From Centroscyllium fabricii (taxonomy: Eukaryota), in assembly GCA_051313645.2 (NCBI GenBank), contig JBNRSN020000011.1, positions 15,500,001 to 15,564,000 of the forward strand: a DNA stretch of 64,000 bases, in the 5' to 3' direction. Shown here piece after piece: positions 59,416 through 64,000 of the stretch. Each line of letters opens with the position of its first letter. The stretch's first letter is position 1. The translations under genes were made by a program, and so were the position numbers. The notes under the pieces are model-generated. The model was not told where the DNA came from. It saw only the letters and a program-made list of their open reading frames with translations, and searched no databases.

Positions 59416-61715
59416 TAGTGAATAATAGTGGTGTACCACAGGAATCGGTGCTGGGTCCTTTGCTGTTTGTAGTGTACATTAATGATTTAGATATGAATGT
59501 AACAGGTATGATCAGTAAGTTTGCAGATGACACGAAAGTTAGTGGAGTGGTAAATAGCGAGGAAGGTAGCCTCAGTCTACAGGATGATATAGACAAGTTG
59601 GTTAGATGGGCAGAACAGTGGCAAATGGAATTTAACCCTGAAAAGTGTGAGGTGATGCATTTTGGGAGGACTAACAAGGCAAGGGAATACACAATGGCCC
59701 AGAAATTAGAGTCCGGTGTTTGCTGCGAGTACAAGCCCCCGCGTTTTTGCGCTGGAACTTTCCGTTTTTTAAATTTGCTCCCTGGGCTGCGTTTCACGTC
59801 AGGCAGCCCAGGAGCGCAGCGTGTGCGATGCCGTGGTGCGGGTGCAAGTCCGAGGCCCCGCCCACGAAGGTCAAATTTGAATCGACACGCCCCCTGCAGC
59901 TGACAGATTTGAACAGAGCCCGGCCTCATATAGTGCTGAGCTCTGTGGAACAGGGGATGCAGCAATCGGTGTGAAATATCTAGCTGAAGCCGCTAACACG
60001 GTTTCTGACTCCTGATGAGATGGAGTTCTAACACATTTTTCTCGGTTATTTCCCAGTTGCACCCAGTCAGATCACCATTCTTGTGCGGCTGATAATAAAC
60101 ATTAAAAGAGTCAGATGTACAACTCGGTACCAAATAGCCCGACATGAGAAATCAGTACTCAAGATTGGGATAGGTTTATTATTTGGTGTTGCTGGCAGCG
60201 CCTTCAAATTCCAGTGATAACATTCGCTGTTACACAGGCAAGACATGCAAATGGTGTTAGTCAAGAAGGAGTTCTTTGACATTGACAGGAAAAGGCTCGT
60301 GGCACTATTGATTTCCAAAGTTTGAAAACACTGTATTCAAAATATAAATATTTACTAACGGATAGAATGTCATTGTACAACTCATAATGGTGCACAGTAT
60401 ATGGTAAATGTGAGGATGTAGCTAGTATATAGACTTTTTCGAACTTTCCATGACTTCTAACTTGTCAAGACGCCGGCGAGTTATGTTGTCGGATTGTAAA
60501 GACCATCCTCCTTGCTTGTTGAGAAGTAAATGCACATCTTTGTGTGACGTGGATTTTGCGCTGATTCCTCGATCGTTCCAAGCAGCTGTTTTATATCTAG
60601 CGGTCATTTGTGTAAATAGTATTTGGTATGTATTTTTGAAAACGCCAATAATTGCCCTTCAATCGATTTTCTCCACTACCCTCATTAAAAGTTCTGAAAG
60701 TTCAATTGAAACAATTGTGCTTTTCCTTACGGAGGCTTTACTCCTCCATTTTTTCATGTGCAACTGGAAGAGCAGTTACAGACAGATGAACGCACAGAAT
60801 CCCCCCCGACCTACCTCGGAAAGTATCGGTGCAAATCACTCCATGCGTCCGAGACTCCGGCCTCGAATGGCTGGGTCTCAGAAAGGAGCATTCCGTGCGC
60901 ATGCTCCGTGCGTGCGCATACCCGGTACTTTCCGCACGCTACCTGCGGGAGTACCGGGTGCGATCACACTCTAATTTCTGGCCCAATAAATGGTAGGACC
61001 CTAGGCAGGACAGAGGATCAGAGGGACCTTGGTGTGCATGTACATAGATCCCTGAAGGCAGCAGGAGAGGTAGATAAGGTGGTTAAAAAGGCATATGGGA
61101 TACTTGCCTTCATTAGCCGAGCAGGGAGGTTATGATGGAGCTGTACAATATGCTAGTTAGGCCACAGCTGGAATACTGTGTGTAGTTCTAGTCACCACAA
61201 TATAGGAGGGATGTGATTGCATTGGAAAGGGTGCAGAGGAGATTCACCAGGATGTTACCTGGGCTGGGGCGCTTCAGCTATGAAGACTGGGCAGGCTGGG
61301 GTTGTTTTCCTTGGAGCAGAGAAGACTGAGGGGGGACCTGCTTGAGGTGTACAACATTATGAGGGGAATAGATAGGGTAGATAGAAAGGAACTTTTTCCC
61401 TTAGTAGAGGGGTCAATAACCAGGGGGCATAGTTTCAAAGTAAGGGGCAGGAGGTTTAGAGGGGATTTGAGGAAAAACGTTGTCACCCAGAGGGTGGTTG
61501 GAATCTGGAACTCACTGCCTGAAAGGGTGGTCGAGGCAGGAACCCTCACATCATTCAAGAAGCATTTAGATGAGCACTTGAAATGCCATAGCATACAAGG
61601 CTACAGACTAAGTGCTGGAAAATCGGATTAGAATAGATAGAGCTTGATGGCTGGTGTGGACACGATGGGCTGAAGGGCCTCTTTCTGTGCTGTATAACTG
61701 TATGACTCTATGACT
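59416..61715 (+). mobile_element. CR1 LINE 3' part split by a Harbinger-type element
   Basis: SGVPQESVLGPLLFVVYINDL, KFADDTK, EKCEVMHFGRTN; resumes at 60985; tail TATGACTCTATGACT. Confidence 0.92.
59696..60984. mobile_element. PIF/Harbinger-type non-autonomous element (1289 bp)
   Basis: 17-bp TIR GG(C/G)CCAGAAATTAGAGT; TSD AAT; removing it restores the CR1 frame (EYT-INGRTLG). Confidence 0.9.
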
Positions 61716-62468
61716 AATAACAGATATCCGGAAATGAGTTACAGGCTGGAATCTAATCGAGGGATTCGGGTGATTTATATATAGAATGACAGATACCCGG
61801 GAGTGAGTGACAGGCTGGAATCTAATCGAGGGGTTCGGGTGGTTGATATATATAACAAATACCTGGGAGTGAGTTACAGGCTGGAACCTAATGGAGGGTG
61901 GGGTTTGGGTAGTTTATATATAAAACAACAGATACCCGGGAGTGAATTACAGGCTGGAATCTAATTGAGGGGTTCGGGTGGTTTATATATAGAATAACAG
62001 ATACCCGGGATTGAGTTACAAGCTGGAATCTAATCGAGGAGTTCGAGTAGTTTATATATGGAACAACAGATACCCGGGAGTGAGTTACAGGCTGGAATCT
62101 AATCGAGGGGTTCGGGTGGTTTATTTATAGAATAACAGATATGCGGGAGTGATTTACAGGCTGGAATCTAATCGAGGGGTTCGGGTGATTTATACACAGA
62201 AGACCAGATGCCCGGGAGTTAGTTACAAGCTGGAATCTAATCGAGGGGTTTGGTGGTTTATACATAGAACAGATGTCCGGGAGTTAGTTACAGGCTGGAA
62301 TCTAATCGAGGGGTTCGGTGGTTTATATATAGAATAACAGATACCCGGGAGTGAGTTACAGGCTAGAATCTAACCTAGGGGTTCGGGTGGTTTATATATA
62401 GAATAACAGATACCCGGGAGTGAGTTACAGGCTGGAATCCAATTGGGGGGTTCAGGTGGATTATATTT
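61716..62468 (+). repeat. 69-bp tandem satellite, ~11 copies, plus a detached monomer at 58820-58885
   Basis: Unit AATAACAGATACCCGGGAGTGAGTTACAGGCTGGAATCTAATCGAGGGGTTCGGGTGGTTTATATATAG. Confidence 0.95.
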
Positions 62469-62729
62469 AAATTCATGAATAGCTGGGAATAAAATCTAAC
62501 TGAGGCAGCCCAATGACCTCATAAACCATGATGTTGAGTCTTTGACCTCAGATAGAGGGAACTGAGGACCATCATTCAATACGAGGATTCGGTTGCACTC
62601 TACAGAAATTCAATTGTCATCAGGGCTCCTTATTTGTTCACTGTTCCCTCATCAGTATCCATGATCCTATATGTTACACTCAAATACAAAATCCACAAAA
62701 GGCCGAAAACACACTTTCAATATTTTAAA

Positions 62730-63140
62730 GCAGAACCACAGAAACTAGGAGCAGGAGTAGGCCATTCGGCCACTCGAGCCTATTCCACCATTCAATATGA
62801 TCATGGCTGATCATCCAAATTCAGTACCCTGTCCCTACTTTCTCCCCATATCCCTTGATCCCTTTAGCCTTAAGAAATATATTTAACTCCTTCTGGAATA
62901 TATTTAATGAATTGGCCTCAACTGCCTTCTGTGGTAGAGAATTCCACAGGTTCACCACTCTCATTCCTTCTCATTCCTCCACATCTCAGTCCTAAATGGC
63001 GTACCCCTCATGTGAACACTGGTTCTGGACTCCCCGGCCATCGGGAACATCCTTCCTGCATCTCGTCTGTCCAGTCCTGTTAGAATTTTATAAGTTTCAA
63101 TGAGATCCCCTCTCATTCTTCTAAACTCTAGTGAATATAA
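62730..63140 (-). mobile_element. CR1 LINE 3' fragment
   Basis: LYSLEFRRMRGDLIETYKILTGLDR... on the minus strand, plus tail. Confidence 0.88.
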
Positions 63141-63945
63141 GGGTGGCACGGTAGCATAGTGGTTAGCACTGTTGCCTTACAGCACGAGAGACCCGGGTTC
63201 AAATCCAGCCTTGGGTACTATCTGTGTGGAATTTGCACATTCTCCCCAGGTCTGCGTGGGTTTCCTCCGGGTGCTCCGGTTTCCTCCCACAGTCCAAAGA
63301 TGTGCGGGTTAGGTTGATTGGCCACGATAAATTGACCCTTAGTGTTAGGGGGATTGAATCTGTGGGGTTACGGGGATAGGGTGGGATATAGAAACATAGA
63401 AACATAGAAACTAGGAGCAGGAGTAGGCCATTCAGCCCTTCGAGCCTGCTCCGCCATTCAACGAGATCATAGCTGATCATCCAAACCCAGTATCCCACCC
63501 CTGCCCTCTCCCCATATCGCTCGATCCCTATCGAGCCTGCATCAACACATATCCCACCCTATCCCCGTAACCCCACATATTTAATCCCCATAATACTAAG
63601 GGTCAATTTATCCTGGCCAATCTACCTAACCCGCACATCTTTGGACTGTGGGAGGAAACCGGAGCACCCGGAGGAAACCCACGCAGACACGGGGAGAATG
63701 TGCAAACTCCACACAGATAGTACCCGAGGCTGGATTTGAACCCGGGTCTCCAGTGCTGTGAGGCAACAATGCTACCCACTGTGCCACCGTGCCGCCCATA
63801 TGTATCAGTGCAGGCTCGAGAAGGATATGGGGACAAGGCGGGGACGGAGTACTGGGTTTGGATGATCAGCCATGATCTCATTGAATGGCGGAGCAGGCTC
63901 GAAGGGCCGAATGGCCTACTCCTGCTCCTATCTTCTATGTTTCTA
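63141..63945. mobile_element. Cluster of HE1-type SINEs: + copy 63141-63388, - copy 63389-63797, + tail fragment 63798-63945
   Basis: Head and V-domain sequence present in both orientations. Confidence 0.88.
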
Positions 63946-64000
63946 TAATCGACTTAATCTCTCTTCATACGTCATTCATGCCATCCCAGGTATCAGTCTG

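Noticed and set aside
61716-62468. Regularly spaced repeats suggesting a CRISPR array
   Set aside because: The units are contiguous with no unique spacers, there are no cas genes, and the DNA is vertebrate. It is a satellite

Overview
This is eukaryotic DNA, almost certainly from a cartilaginous fish (shark-type HE1 and Deu-domain SINEs, CR1/L2/Rex1 LINE relics, a 69-bp satellite). The only host gene I can support is the 5' part of the LIM-homeobox gene LMX1A on the minus strand. Its first coding exon is 45015-45101 (ATG at 45081, MLDGLKME...). A ~20.5-kb intron follows, then the 187-nt LIM1 exon (24367-24553), then an intron that runs off the left edge. The region ~41.4-53.4 kb is CpG-rich and nearly transposon-free, as expected for the promoter/regulatory domain of a developmental transcription factor. 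The rest is nested mobile DNA: a decayed two-gene PIF/Harbinger transposon (Myb/SANT-like gene plus DDE transposase), many related MITEs, hAT and Tc1/pogo MITEs, LINE fragments and SINEs. The most unusual signals are: (i) Penelope-like fold-back elements with 10-13-bp target duplications and minimal hammerhead-ribozyme motifs, two with a U3-A8 core variant and one apparently carrying a ~166-bp copy of neighbouring DNA; (ii) a possible frameshifting (poison) cassette exon just upstream of the LIM1 exon; (iii) several TAAT-rich unique blocks that look like conserved enhancers. Most ORFs in the six-frame track are spurious or LINE fragments. Repeat boundaries are approximate unless a TSD or TIR is quoted. 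Family names come from recognition, not database searches.
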